Numbered from the stretch's first letter, positions 26,539 to 34,743 are shown. The stretch is DNA of 50,252 nucleotides from Solirubrobacterales bacterium (GCA_035605615.1 DASTHF010000199.1:1-50252); one strand, 5' to 3'. Notes: generated by a model not told the origin, from the letters alone. A program made the numbers and translations.

Positions 26539-27657
26539 GTGTATTTCGACCTCAACGACGATCAGCAGGCGATCCGCGCCGCGGCGCGCGACTTCCTCGC
26601 CGCCCGCTACCGCTCGGAGCGGATCCGCGAGCTGGTCGAGAGCGAGCAGGGCTTCGAGCAGTCCGACTGGGAGGAGATGGCCGAGCTGGGCTGGCCCGGC
26701 CTGGCGCTGCCAGAGGAGTGGGGAGGGCAGGGCCTCGGGATCGTCGAGCTGGCCGTCCTCTTCGAGGAGATGGGCTACGCGCTGGCTCCCTCGCCGCTGC
26801 TCTCGACGACCGTCGCCGGCCTGGCGCTCGCGGCGCGCGGCAGCGACGAGCAGCGCGAGCGCTGGCTGCGCCCGCTGGCGAGCGGCGAGGCGCGGGCGAC
26901 GGTGGCGCTCATCGATGCCGGCACTCCGGCCGCGGTCGGGAGGTTCGCGATGGAGGCGAGAGAGGACGGCGACGGAGTCGTGCTCGACGGAGAGAAGGTG
27001 CTCGTGATGGACGCGGCCGCGGCCGACTTCTTCCTGGTCAGCACGGTCGGCGGCCGCCGCCACGTCGTCGAGCGGGGCGCCGCGGGCGTCACGGTCAGCC
27101 CCGAAGCGTCGCTGGACCCGACCCGCCGCCACTACTCGGTGCGCTTCGACGGGGTGAGGATCGGGCCGGAGGCGACGCTGAGCGGCGAGCACGCCGACTA
27201 CCTGCCGACCCTCTGGCGGGCCTGCGTAGCGGTCGCCGCCGAGTCGACCGGGATTGCCCAGCGGACGATGGAGATGGCGGTTGAGTACGCCAAGGACCGG
27301 CAGCAGTTCGGGCGCCCGATCGGCGCCTACCAGGCGGTCTCGCACCGCTGCGCCCAGATGCTGCTGGAGACGGAGAACTCGCGCTCCGCCGTCTACGGCG
27401 CCGCCTGGGCGGCCGACGCCGATCCCGAGTCGCTGCCGCTGGCCGCCTCGATGGCCAAGGCCTACGCCTCCGACGCCGGCTGGCGCGTCCCCCACGCCTC
27501 GCTCCAGGTGCACGGCGGCATCGGCTTCACCTGGGAGCACGACCTCCACTTCTTCCTCAAGCGCGGCAGGGCCAACGCGACGCTGTTCGGAGACGCCAAG
27601 TGGCACCGCGAGCGCGTCGCCGACGCCGTCCTCGCGGGTTCCGGCGATCCGGCCTGA
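26539..27657 (+). CDS. acyl-CoA dehydrogenase family protein (partner subunit, lacks the C-terminal catalytic Glu)
   Basis: ACAD fold (DDQQAIRAAARDFL, VEYAKDRQQFGRPIGAYQAVSH, LQVHGGIGFTWEHDLH). The position equivalent to xEGGT reads TLFGDAK. It starts 13 nt after the first ACAD. Confidence 0.85.
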   Translation: MYFDLNDDQQAIRAAARDFLAARYRSERIRELVESEQGFEQSDWEEMAELGWPGLALPEEWGGQGLGIVELAVLFEEMGYALAPSPLLSTTVAGLALAARGSDEQRERWLRPLASGEARATVALIDAGTPAAVGRFAMEAREDGDGVVLDGEKVLVMDAAAADFFLVSTVGGRRHVVERGAAGVTVSPEASLDPTRRHYSVRFDGVRIGPEATLSGEHADYLPTLWRACVAVAAESTGIAQRTMEMAVEYAKDRQQFGRPIGAYQAVSHRCAQMLLETENSRSAVYGAAWAADADPESLPLAASMAKAYASDAGWRVPHASLQVHGGIGFTWEHDLHFFLKRGRANATLFGDAKWHRERVADAVLAGSGDPA

Positions 27658-27659
27658 CT

Positions 27660-28328
27660 TTAGGCCGGCAATCGCTCGACGAAGCGCTCGAAGGCGGCGA
27701 TGTCGGTCACGGCGGGGCCGTGGCCGGGCAGGATCATGCTCGGGTTCAGCTCGGCGAGCCTGCGGATCGAGCGGCGGTTCTCGGCTGGGTCGTAGGTGAA
27801 GATCTCCGGCGGCTCCTTGATCCCCGGCAGCGCCGTCGCGTAGCTCATGTTGCGGATCACGTCGCCGCAGATCGCCACTCGGTCAGACTCGCGGAAGAAG
27901 ACCACGTGACCCCGCGAGTGCCCGGGCGTATGGACGACCCGGAAGCCTGCGACCTCGTCGCCGTCCTCGAGCACGCGGTCCACCTCATGGGGCGGCCCGC
28001 TCCAGAGCCGGTCGAAGAGGCGGTTGACCGGATGGTTCGTCTGGGCCTCTTGGATCGGCCGCCGCCCCTCCATCGCGTCGACGTCGCCGGCATGGCAGGC
28101 GAGTGGGATGCCGCGCGCCTCGCAGACGTCCTGGGCGACGCCCTGGTGGTCGGGATGGACGTGGGTCAGCGCCAGCGCCGACAGCCCGCGCCCCTCGATC
28201 TCGGCGAAGATGCGGCGCCGGTCCCAGCGCCGGCCGGCGTCGATCAGCACATCCTCGGCGAGGTAGACGTTGATCGTTGGCGCCGGCAGCTCCCTGAGCC
28301 GCCAGATCCCCGGCGCCAGCTGCTTCAT
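27660..28328 (-). CDS. MBL-fold metallo-hydrolase
   Basis: THVHPDHQG (HxHxDH), HTPGHSRGH and LPGHG metal-ligand motifs. The ATG overlaps the upstream stop (ATGA). Confidence 0.85.
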   Translation of the reverse strand: MKQLAPGIWRLRELPAPTINVYLAEDVLIDAGRRWDRRRIFAEIEGRGLSALALTHVHPDHQGVAQDVCEARGIPLACHAGDVDAMEGRRPIQEAQTNHPVNRLFDRLWSGPPHEVDRVLEDGDEVAGFRVVHTPGHSRGHVVFFRESDRVAICGDVIRNMSYATALPGIKEPPEIFTYDPAENRRSIRRLAELNPSMILPGHGPAVTDIAAFERFVERLPA

Positions 28329-28576
28329 CGGGGCCGCGTCGCCGCCGTGCCGCGCGGCTCGCCGCTGTGCTCGGCGAGCTCTTCCAGCTCGGCGATCTTG
28401 CGCTCGCCTTCCACCCGGGCGGGGTGGCCGGCGGGCAGGGGCTCGATCAGGCGGCGGATGCGGTTGCGAACCTGGAGCGCGAAGTGGGGGGTGACCGCCG
28501 CCGCCAAGGCCCGGATGTCCTCCGCCGTGACCTCGTGGCCGGGCGCCAGCAGCCGGGGATTCTCCGCTTCGCTCAT
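28325..28576 (-). CDS. 83-aa hypothetical protein, translationally coupled on both sides
   Basis: MSEAENPRLLAPGHEVTAEDIRALAAAVTPHFALQVRNRIRRL... There is an ATGA overlap with the upstream cell-wall-binding gene and another with the downstream MBL gene. I recognised no motif. Confidence 0.5.
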   Translation of the reverse strand: MSEAENPRLLAPGHEVTAEDIRALAAAVTPHFALQVRNRIRRLIEPLPAGHPARVEGERKIAELEELAEHSGEPRGTAATRPR

Positions 28577-29952
28577 CCTCCCGTTTCCCCGATCTTCGCC
28601 AGCTCTGCCAGCGCGTCCATCTGCGCTTGCTGGCGCAGGTCGATCTGCTGTTCGTCTCCGATCACCCATACGTGGTTGTAGAAGGCGCGCGTCGGATCCG
28701 TCGTGTAGCCCGGCTTGACGTCGAGCAGGTATTCGCGCAGCGCCGCGGGAAGCGTAGCGGCGCTGTCGGTGAGAAGCAGCGGCCCCCATGTTCCGGAGGC
28801 GGAGAGCGGCGCCGCGGCGGCGGCGTCGAGCGACGAGTCGGAGCGGGCGACGACGAAGCCGTGGCCGGGGTCGTTGACGTTCCAGCCGAAGTCGCCGTCG
28901 CGGTAGCGGGCGAGGGCGATGGCGTTTTCGACCGGATCCTCGCCGGAGACCCGCCGTACCCGACCGTCGATCGCGGCGATCTGGCGGACCAGGCTCGTGG
29001 GGAGGACCGAGGAGGGCCCGAGCACGTAGACGGGGGTGCGGGGATGGCGCCTCAACACGGCCGCGGTCGGCGCCGCCAGCTCTTCCGGTCCAGTGAAGAG
29101 GACGGGATCGCCGGATCGCGCCGCCCAGGCCGCCGCCGGCATCGCGAAGGAGGGTTCGTCCGCGGAGGCGACCACGAGGTGCTTCGGCGGGGCGCCGAAC
29201 AGCCTGTCGCGGAATTCGGCGATCGCCGCCGCGGTGGCGACCGGGTCGCGGGCGGCGACCCGGTGCGCCGTCAGGCCGGCGGGCACGGCCGCCGCGCCGA
29301 TCGCGAAGACCTGGGCGCCGCCGCTTCCCCGGCTGCCCCGGGGAGCGAGCGAGGCGAGCGCCTCCGCGGTCGGCTTCGGCACGCCGCCCGCTTCGGAGAT
29401 CAGCAGCGGGGCGCCGCTTGGTGCTCCCCGTTCGGCGCCCGGCGGGACGCCAGCCGGCGGACCGAGCGGCGCCGCCATCAGCACCGAGGCGGCGATCGCC
29501 GCCTGCCAGTCGGCGGCGTCGACGAGCGTGACGGCGGCCGGGCGCTGGTCGAGCTCGGCGGAGGGATAGACGGCGAGCGCCACCCCGGCCGCGCTCGACG
29601 CCGGGTCAGGCCCGCCGACCCGGGTGGTGTTGCTCGTCGCGAAGCCCGGGTATCCAAGCTCCGCCGGTGACCTGGTGGAGGCCGCCCCGGTGGGGGATTG
29701 GGCGGTGCCGACGGGCGCCGGCGTGCTCGGGGACGGCCGGCCGCCGCCCGACCCGCCGCCGAGGATGGCGGCGACGATGAAGACCACCGCGAGCACGACC
29801 GTCCCCCCGATCGCCTTCAGGGCAAAGGGGAGGGCCCGGCTTCGTTGCGGCGCCGGGGCAGTTGGCTCCCTCGCGGGCTCTGCTTGCGGCGATGACTCCG
29901 GTGTCGTCGTTACCGCCGGAACATCCGCGTTGATCGGCCGCGCGTCGCTCAC
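28573..29952 (-). CDS. membrane-anchored protein with three cell-wall-binding repeat 2 (CW_binding_2-like) modules
   Basis: A Pro-rich N-terminus, one TM segment (GGTVVLAVVFIVAAIL), then three units of about 100 aa. Each has the pattern R..G.D...TA..IA...., an (A/V)xxA..DAxxAAP.. segment, P(L/V)L(I/F/L).. and ..V(F/Y/W)(A/V)(I/L)G. The start is GTG, with TAGCTT 6 nt upstream. Confidence 0.7.
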   Translation of the reverse strand: MSDARPINADVPAVTTTPESSPQAEPAREPTAPAPQRSRALPFALKAIGGTVVLAVVFIVAAILGGGSGGGRPSPSTPAPVGTAQSPTGAASTRSPAELGYPGFATSNTTRVGGPDPASSAAGVALAVYPSAELDQRPAAVTLVDAADWQAAIAASVLMAAPLGPPAGVPPGAERGAPSGAPLLISEAGGVPKPTAEALASLAPRGSRGSGGAQVFAIGAAAVPAGLTAHRVAARDPVATAAAIAEFRDRLFGAPPKHLVVASADEPSFAMPAAAWAARSGDPVLFTGPEELAAPTAAVLRRHPRTPVYVLGPSSVLPTSLVRQIAAIDGRVRRVSGEDPVENAIALARYRDGDFGWNVNDPGHGFVVARSDSSLDAAAAAPLSASGTWGPLLLTDSAATLPAALREYLLDVKPGYTTDPTRAFYNHVWVIGDEQQIDLRQQAQMDALAELAKIGETGG

Positions 29953-29982
29953 GAGCCAAAGCTAAACAGTCACCGGCTTCCG

Positions 29983-30019
29983 GTGCGCCTTATGTGCCCT
30001 ATACACGCATAAAGCGCAC
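29983..30019. promoter_or_regulatory. 14-bp imperfect inverted repeat in the divergent CW-binding / ACAD intergenic region
   Basis: GTGCGCCTTATGTG pairs with CACGCATAAAGCGCAC across the spacer ccctataca (12 Watson-Crick pairs, 1 G-T, 1 mismatch). It is preceded by the palindrome CACCGG-ctt-CCGGTG at 29971-29985. Confidence 0.4.
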
Positions 30020-30057
30020 GGGAGAGCCGTGGGAGTTGGCTGGCTGAGCAGCTAGAC

Positions 30058-30075
30058 TGATTGACCAGTCAGTCA
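30058..30075. promoter_or_regulatory. palindromic operator candidate, site B (TGAtTGACCAGTCAgTCA)
   Basis: An 18-bp palindrome with one mismatched pair. It abuts and overlaps a TAGACT -10 candidate (30053-30058), 28 nt upstream of the ACAD ATG. It has the same core as site A. Confidence 0.45.
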
Positions 30076-30102
30076 ACCGCCGGGCGAGCTGAGGGAGAGC
30101 GC

Positions 30103-31362
30103 ATGAATTTCGCATTGACCGAGGAGCAGCAGGAGTTCAAAGACCGTTGCCGGAGCTTTGCGCGGGAGGTGATCCGGCCGGCGGCGCGCAAGCACGACGA
30201 AGATGAGAGCTTCCCCTGGGAGGTGGTCAAGGAGGCGCGCCTGCAGGGCTTCGGCACGCTCGAGGCGATCCAGCGCAACGCCGAAGACCCGGAGGGCCAG
30301 ATGCAGGTGATCGGGGCCGAAGAGTTCCACTGGGGCTGCGCCGGCATCGCCCTCGCGATCTCCGGCTCCGGACTGGCGGCGGCCGGGATAGCGGCGACAG
30401 GGACGCCCGAGCAGATCATGCGCTGGGTGCCGGAGTGCTTCGGCGGCGCCGACGAGGTCAAGCTCGGCGCCTACGCGGTGACCGAGCCGCAGGCCGGCTC
30501 CGACGTGAAGAGCCTGAAGACGACTGCGGTGCGCGACGGCGACGAGTGGGTCCTGAACGGGACCAAGGTCTTCATCACCAACGGCGGCATCGCCGACGTC
30601 CACGTGGTCGTCGCGACCGTCGATCCCTCGCTCGGCACCCGCGGCCAGGCCTCCTTCGTCGTCCCCAAGGGCACGCCGGGCCTCAGCCAGGGCAAAAAGG
30701 AGTGCAAGCTCGGCATCCGCGCCTCCCACACCGCCGAGATCGTGCTCGAGGACTGCCGCGTCCCCGGCGACTGCCTGCTCGGCGGCGACGAGAAGCTGGA
30801 GAAAAAGCTGCAGCGCGGCCGCGAAGGGAAGAAATCGCGCGGCGCCGACGCGCTGGCGACCTTCGAGATCACCCGGCCGCTGGTCGGCGCCTCGGCGCTC
30901 GGCATCGCCCAGGCCGCCTACGAGTGGACGCTCGAATACCTCGACGGTCGCTCCGACGGCGGCACGCCGCTGCTGCAGACGCAGCGCATCCAGCAGACGC
31001 TCGCCGATGTCGCGACGGAGATCGAAGCGGCACGGCTGCTGGTCCAGCGTGCCGCCTGGATGGGTCGCAACGGGGTCCCGATGCGGGGCGGCCAGGGCTC
31101 GATGTCGAAGCTGAAGGGCGGCGACGTGGCGATGTGGGCGACGACGGCGCTGATGGACCTGGTCGGGCCCGACGCCTGGAGCACCGAGTACCCGCTCGAG
31201 AAGTTCTTCCGCGACGCCAAGATCTACCAGCTGTTCGAGGGGACGGCGGAGATCCAGCGCATGGTCATCTCGCGGATGCAGGCGGCCGAATACGCCGAGC
31301 GGCTCGCCTTCGGCGCCGAAGTGGCGGCGAAGGCGATGGAGGAGCAGCCGGTCGCGGCGTAG
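30103..31362 (+). CDS. acyl-CoA dehydrogenase (short/medium-chain type)
   Basis: LTEEQQEFKDRCRSFA, YAVTEPQAGSDVKSLKT, KVFITNGG, and the catalytic YQLFEGTAEIQRMVISR. The start is ATG 30103, after GAGGGAGAG. Confidence 0.9.
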   Translation: MNFALTEEQQEFKDRCRSFAREVIRPAARKHDEDESFPWEVVKEARLQGFGTLEAIQRNAEDPEGQMQVIGAEEFHWGCAGIALAISGSGLAAAGIAATGTPEQIMRWVPECFGGADEVKLGAYAVTEPQAGSDVKSLKTTAVRDGDEWVLNGTKVFITNGGIADVHVVVATVDPSLGTRGQASFVVPKGTPGLSQGKKECKLGIRASHTAEIVLEDCRVPGDCLLGGDEKLEKKLQRGREGKKSRGADALATFEITRPLVGASALGIAQAAYEWTLEYLDGRSDGGTPLLQTQRIQQTLADVATEIEAARLLVQRAAWMGRNGVPMRGGQGSMSKLKGGDVAMWATTALMDLVGPDAWSTEYPLEKFFRDAKIYQLFEGTAEIQRMVISRMQAAEYAERLAFGAEVAAKAMEEQPVAA

Positions 31363-31429
31363 CGCAAGGCTGATTGCAGGGCTTTTCTGCCGCGCGGAGC
31401 GGTAGGCGGCTTCGTTAGCTTCGGGATCC

Positions 31430-32623
31430 ATGTTCAGGACTCGCCTTGGCACGGCGGCCGTGCTCGCCGCCGTGGCGGCGCTCGTCGCGCTGGCCTTCTC
31501 CAGCGCCGCGCCGGCCCGTGACCTTCGGTCGAAGCTCGACGCCCGCGAAGCGCAGTTGGTGAAGGTTCGCGATCGCAAGGGCGTGCTGACGACGACTATC
31601 TCCCGCTACAAGACGCGGATCGAGAGGCTGACGACGGAGGTCGCGGCGCTGCGCACCCGCGAGGCTGCGGTCCGCACCGGTCTCGACGCCAAGCAGGCGG
31701 AGCTGGATCGCGCCGCCGCCGTCCTCGATGTCGCCCAGGGGCGCCTCGCGGCGATGCGGGCGCGGTTGGAGCGGGCGCTCGTCGCGCTGCGCGAACGGCT
31801 GGTGGCGATGTACGAGACGGGGACCCCCGATCTGCTCAGCGTCATTCTCAGCTCTCATGGCTACAACGAACTGGTCGACCGCACGGAGTACCTCAACCGC
31901 ATCCACGGGCTCGACGAAGCGGTGGTCGGGCGGGTGCGCGACCTGCGCGACGAAGTGAGGCGCACGGTCGAACGCCTGCGCGCCGCGAAGCAGCGGATCC
32001 AGGCCGCGCGCGACGCGATCGCCTCCGAAGAGCGGGCGCTGGCCGGCGCCAGGCGAGCCTTCCAGCGTCGCCAGACCGCGCTGGTCGCGGCGCGCCGGAG
32101 CCGCGAGGCCGCGCTGCGCAAGATCGACAGCGTCGAAGGCGATCTGGAGGGGTCGGTGGCGAAGATCCAGACCAGGATCGCGGTCCGCCTCGCCGGCACG
32201 GGCTCGGCGCCGCTGCCCGCCGGCCCGATCCGCGGCGGCAACGGCAGCGGCCTGATCTGGCCGGTCAACGGCCCGGTCGTCTCGGGCTTCGGCTACAGGT
32301 TCGGCGGCCGCGAGTTCCACCAGGGGATCGACATCGCGGTCCCCAGCGGCACGCCGATCCACGCGGCCGCGGCCGGCACGGTGGTCTTCACCGAGTCCGT
32401 GGCGAGCAGCGGCGGCTACGGCAACTTCACCTGCATCGACCACGGCGGCGGCCTCTCCACCTGCTATGCGCACCAGGAGTCCTTCGCCGTCTCGCCGGGC
32501 CAGCGCGTCTCGCAGGGCCAGGTCATCGGCTATAGCGACTGCACCGGCCACTGCTTCGGGCCGCACGTGCACTTCGAGGTGCGGGTCAACGGCACGCCCG
32601 TCGACCCCATGGGGTACCTGTAG
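31430..32623 (+). CDS. secreted M23-family peptidoglycan metalloendopeptidase with N-terminal coiled coil (EnvC-like architecture)
   Basis: Signal peptide (AAVLAAVAALVALAFSSAAPA) and a coiled coil of about 230 aa. M23 motifs HQGIDIAVPSGTPIHAAAAG and GPHVHFEVRVNGTPVDP. TAGCTT lies 8 nt upstream of the ATG. Confidence 0.9.
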   Translation: MFRTRLGTAAVLAAVAALVALAFSSAAPARDLRSKLDAREAQLVKVRDRKGVLTTTISRYKTRIERLTTEVAALRTREAAVRTGLDAKQAELDRAAAVLDVAQGRLAAMRARLERALVALRERLVAMYETGTPDLLSVILSSHGYNELVDRTEYLNRIHGLDEAVVGRVRDLRDEVRRTVERLRAAKQRIQAARDAIASEERALAGARRAFQRRQTALVAARRSREAALRKIDSVEGDLEGSVAKIQTRIAVRLAGTGSAPLPAGPIRGGNGSGLIWPVNGPVVSGFGYRFGGREFHQGIDIAVPSGTPIHAAAAGTVVFTESVASSGGYGNFTCIDHGGGLSTCYAHQESFAVSPGQRVSQGQVIGYSDCTGHCFGPHVHFEVRVNGTPVDPMGYL

Positions 32624-32699
32624 GCCATTAATACCGATTTTTTGGTATAGCGATTTGTATGGCCATGCAACGCTGCATGTGAACCGACGGGAGGCAGCG

Positions 32700-33323
32700 G
32701 TGATTCGGCAGGCGCGCACGTATCTGCTGGGAGCGGTTTCGGGCACGGCCGTGATCGCGGCGGCCGTGGTCGCCTTCGTCGTGGTCGTCTCGCTACAGGC
32801 GGTCGGGGACTGGCCGATCGCGGGCCTCGGCCTGCGCGGTGGCGATAGCGCCGCGGTCGCCTCCGCGCGGCCAGCCGCGAAGAGGTCGCCGGCTGCGGCG
32901 AGGCGCGGCGCGAAGGATCTCGGCGAACGAGCGGCCGGGTCGAAGGGCGCCGGCCGGCATGGCGGCGGTCGCGAAGGCCACACGCCGCGCTCTCCGGCGG
33001 GCAACGGCACCGGTGGTCCCACCTCGGGCAACGGCGGCTTGGCCCAGCCGGGATCGCCCGGTGGAGCGGCGTCGGCAACGGGTGCGCCGAGCGGTGGCGC
33101 GGACCCTCCGGGCGAAGGCAAAGGCGGCGACGCTCCTTCCCATGCGGTGGGCGGGGTCGTCGACGAAGTCGTCTCGGGAGCCGACGAAGCGGTCGGCGGG
33201 GCGCTTGGCGGCAGTGGAGCGGGCAGCACCGCCGAAGGGGCCGTCGACAAAGCTGCCGGCCCCGGCTCGACGGCCGGCCACACCGCCGACAAGGCCGGCG
33301 AAGCGGTCGGCGGCTTGCCGTAG
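32700..33323 (+). CDS. membrane-anchored Gly/Ala/Pro-rich low-complexity protein, hypothetical
   Basis: GTG start 5 nt after GGGAGG. One N-terminal TM segment (AVIAAAVVAFVVVVSL), then a disordered Gly/Ala/Ser-rich tail. Support comes only from GC3 and the RBS. Confidence 0.45.
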   Translation: MIRQARTYLLGAVSGTAVIAAAVVAFVVVVSLQAVGDWPIAGLGLRGGDSAAVASARPAAKRSPAAARRGAKDLGERAAGSKGAGRHGGGREGHTPRSPAGNGTGGPTSGNGGLAQPGSPGGAASATGAPSGGADPPGEGKGGDAPSHAVGGVVDEVVSGADEAVGGALGGSGAGSTAEGAVDKAAGPGSTAGHTADKAGEAVGGLP

Positions 33324-33372
33324 CGGCGGCGCCGCTCGGGCATCGACCCCCAACCGTCAGAATGCCGTCGCG

Positions 33373-34683
33373 ATGTCGATGGCGGATAGAAAGGCAGGAA
33401 CGGTGGCGGACCCGATCGCGGACTCGCCCGTGTACCCGGCTGGCAGCCGCGTCAACGAGCGCGGCCGGCTCGAGATCGGCGGCTGCGACGTCGTCGAGCT
33501 CGCCGCCGAGCTCGGCACCCCCGCCTACGTCTACGCCGAGGACGACATGCGCGCCCGGGCCCGCGCCTACCGCGAGGCGTTCGAACGGCGCGGCGCCGAC
33601 TTCGAGGTCCTCTTCGCCAGCAAGTCGCTGCCCTGCACCGCCGCCTACCGGCTCTTCGCCGCGGAGGGGCTCTCGGTCGACGTCGCCTCCGGCGGCGAGC
33701 TGCACATGGCGCTGCGCGCCGGCTTCGACCCCGCCCGCATCCACATGCACGGCAACAACAAGAGCGACGAGGAGATCCTGCTGGCGGCTCGCAGCGGCGT
33801 CGGCCACCTGATCCTCGACTCCTTCGACGAGATCGAGCGCTGCGAGCGCCTGCTCGAACGGCCGCAACGGGTGCTGCTGCGGGTGACGCCGGGGATCAAG
33901 CCCTCGACCCACGATTACGTGCAGACCGGGCAGCTCGACTCGAAGTTCGGCTTCGGGATCGCCGACGGGCTGGCGGCGCGGGCGATCGAGCGGGTGCTCG
34001 CCTCCGACGCGCTCGAGCTGGTCGGCCTGCATGCCCACATCGGCTCGCAGATCTTCGAGTTGGAGCCCTACCGGCTGGCGATCCGCGCGATCGGCGAGCT
34101 GGCCGGCCCCTGGTGCCGCATGGTCAACGTCGGCGGCGGCCTCGGCATCGCCTACTCCGCCGAGGACGAGCCGCCTTCGATCGACGCCTACGTCGACGTC
34201 AAGGTGCGCGGAGTCGCCGAGGTGTTCGGTGAGGGCGTGCGGATCCTGGTCGAGCCGGGGCGCTCGCTGGTCGGCAACGCCGGCGTCACCGCCTACCGGG
34301 TCGGCACCGTCAAGGAGATCCCCGGCGTCCGCACCTACGTCGCCGTCGACGGCGGCATGTCGGACAACCTGCGGCCGATGCTCTACGGCTCCCGCTACGA
34401 GGCGGCGATCGCCGATCGCGCCGCCGCCGCTCCCGACACGCTGGTCACGGTGGCCGGCATGCATTGCGAGTCCGGCGACGTGCTGGTCCGCGACGCGATG
34501 CTGGCGGCGCCGGCAGTGGGCGACGTTCTGGTCACCCCGGCGACCGGCGCCTACGGCTACGCGATGGCCAACAACTACAACGGCGTGCCGCGGCCGCCGG
34601 TGGTCTTCTGCCGCGAGGGTGAGGCCCGCGTCGTGGTGCGGCGCGAGACCTACGACGACCTCACCGTGCGCGATGAGCCCTGA
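33373..34683 (+). CDS. lysA: diaminopimelate decarboxylase
   Basis: PAYVYAEDDM, FASKSLP (PLP lysine context), HGNNKS, EPGRSLVGNAG, CESGD and ATGAYGYAMANNYN. Confidence 0.93.
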   Translation: MSMADRKAGTVADPIADSPVYPAGSRVNERGRLEIGGCDVVELAAELGTPAYVYAEDDMRARARAYREAFERRGADFEVLFASKSLPCTAAYRLFAAEGLSVDVASGGELHMALRAGFDPARIHMHGNNKSDEEILLAARSGVGHLILDSFDEIERCERLLERPQRVLLRVTPGIKPSTHDYVQTGQLDSKFGFGIADGLAARAIERVLASDALELVGLHAHIGSQIFELEPYRLAIRAIGELAGPWCRMVNVGGGLGIAYSAEDEPPSIDAYVDVKVRGVAEVFGEGVRILVEPGRSLVGNAGVTAYRVGTVKEIPGVRTYVAVDGGMSDNLRPMLYGSRYEAAIADRAAAAPDTLVTVAGMHCESGDVLVRDAMLAAPAVGDVLVTPATGAYGYAMANNYNGVPRPPVVFCREGEARVVVRRETYDDLTVRDEP

Positions 34684-34743
34684 GCGAGCGAGCAAGATCG
34701 CCGGTGATCATGAATGCGAGCGAGCGAAGGGCGAAGTGGTGTG

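Noticed and set aside
23951-27007. 1018-aa plus-strand ORF across the BVMO and both ACAD genes
   Set aside because: It is antisense to the BVMO and out of frame with the ACADs. The composition is low-complexity and no motifs are present.
31363-31429. c-di-AMP (ydaO-type) riboswitch upstream of the M23 peptidase; considered because disA is present and such riboswitches often precede wall hydrolases
   Set aside because: The spacer is only 67 nt, and a -10-like hexamer sits 8 nt from the ATG. That is too short for the ydaO fold.
32530-34695. 721-aa minus-strand ORF and the 180-codon N-terminal extension of the lysA ORF (32839-33372)
   Set aside because: The sequence is low-complexity. LysA homology begins only near Met 33373. 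The upstream region is better explained by the plus-strand Gly/Ala-rich gene in another frame.
34682-34728. Short GCGA/GAGC microsatellite-like direct repeats (GAGCGAGCGAGC at 34682-34693 and GCGAGCGAGCGAA at 34716-34728) in the lysA-hom spacer
   Set aside because: This is a low-complexity simple repeat of a kind easily generated by chance or slippage in GC-rich DNA. I found no palindromic or positional evidence for function.
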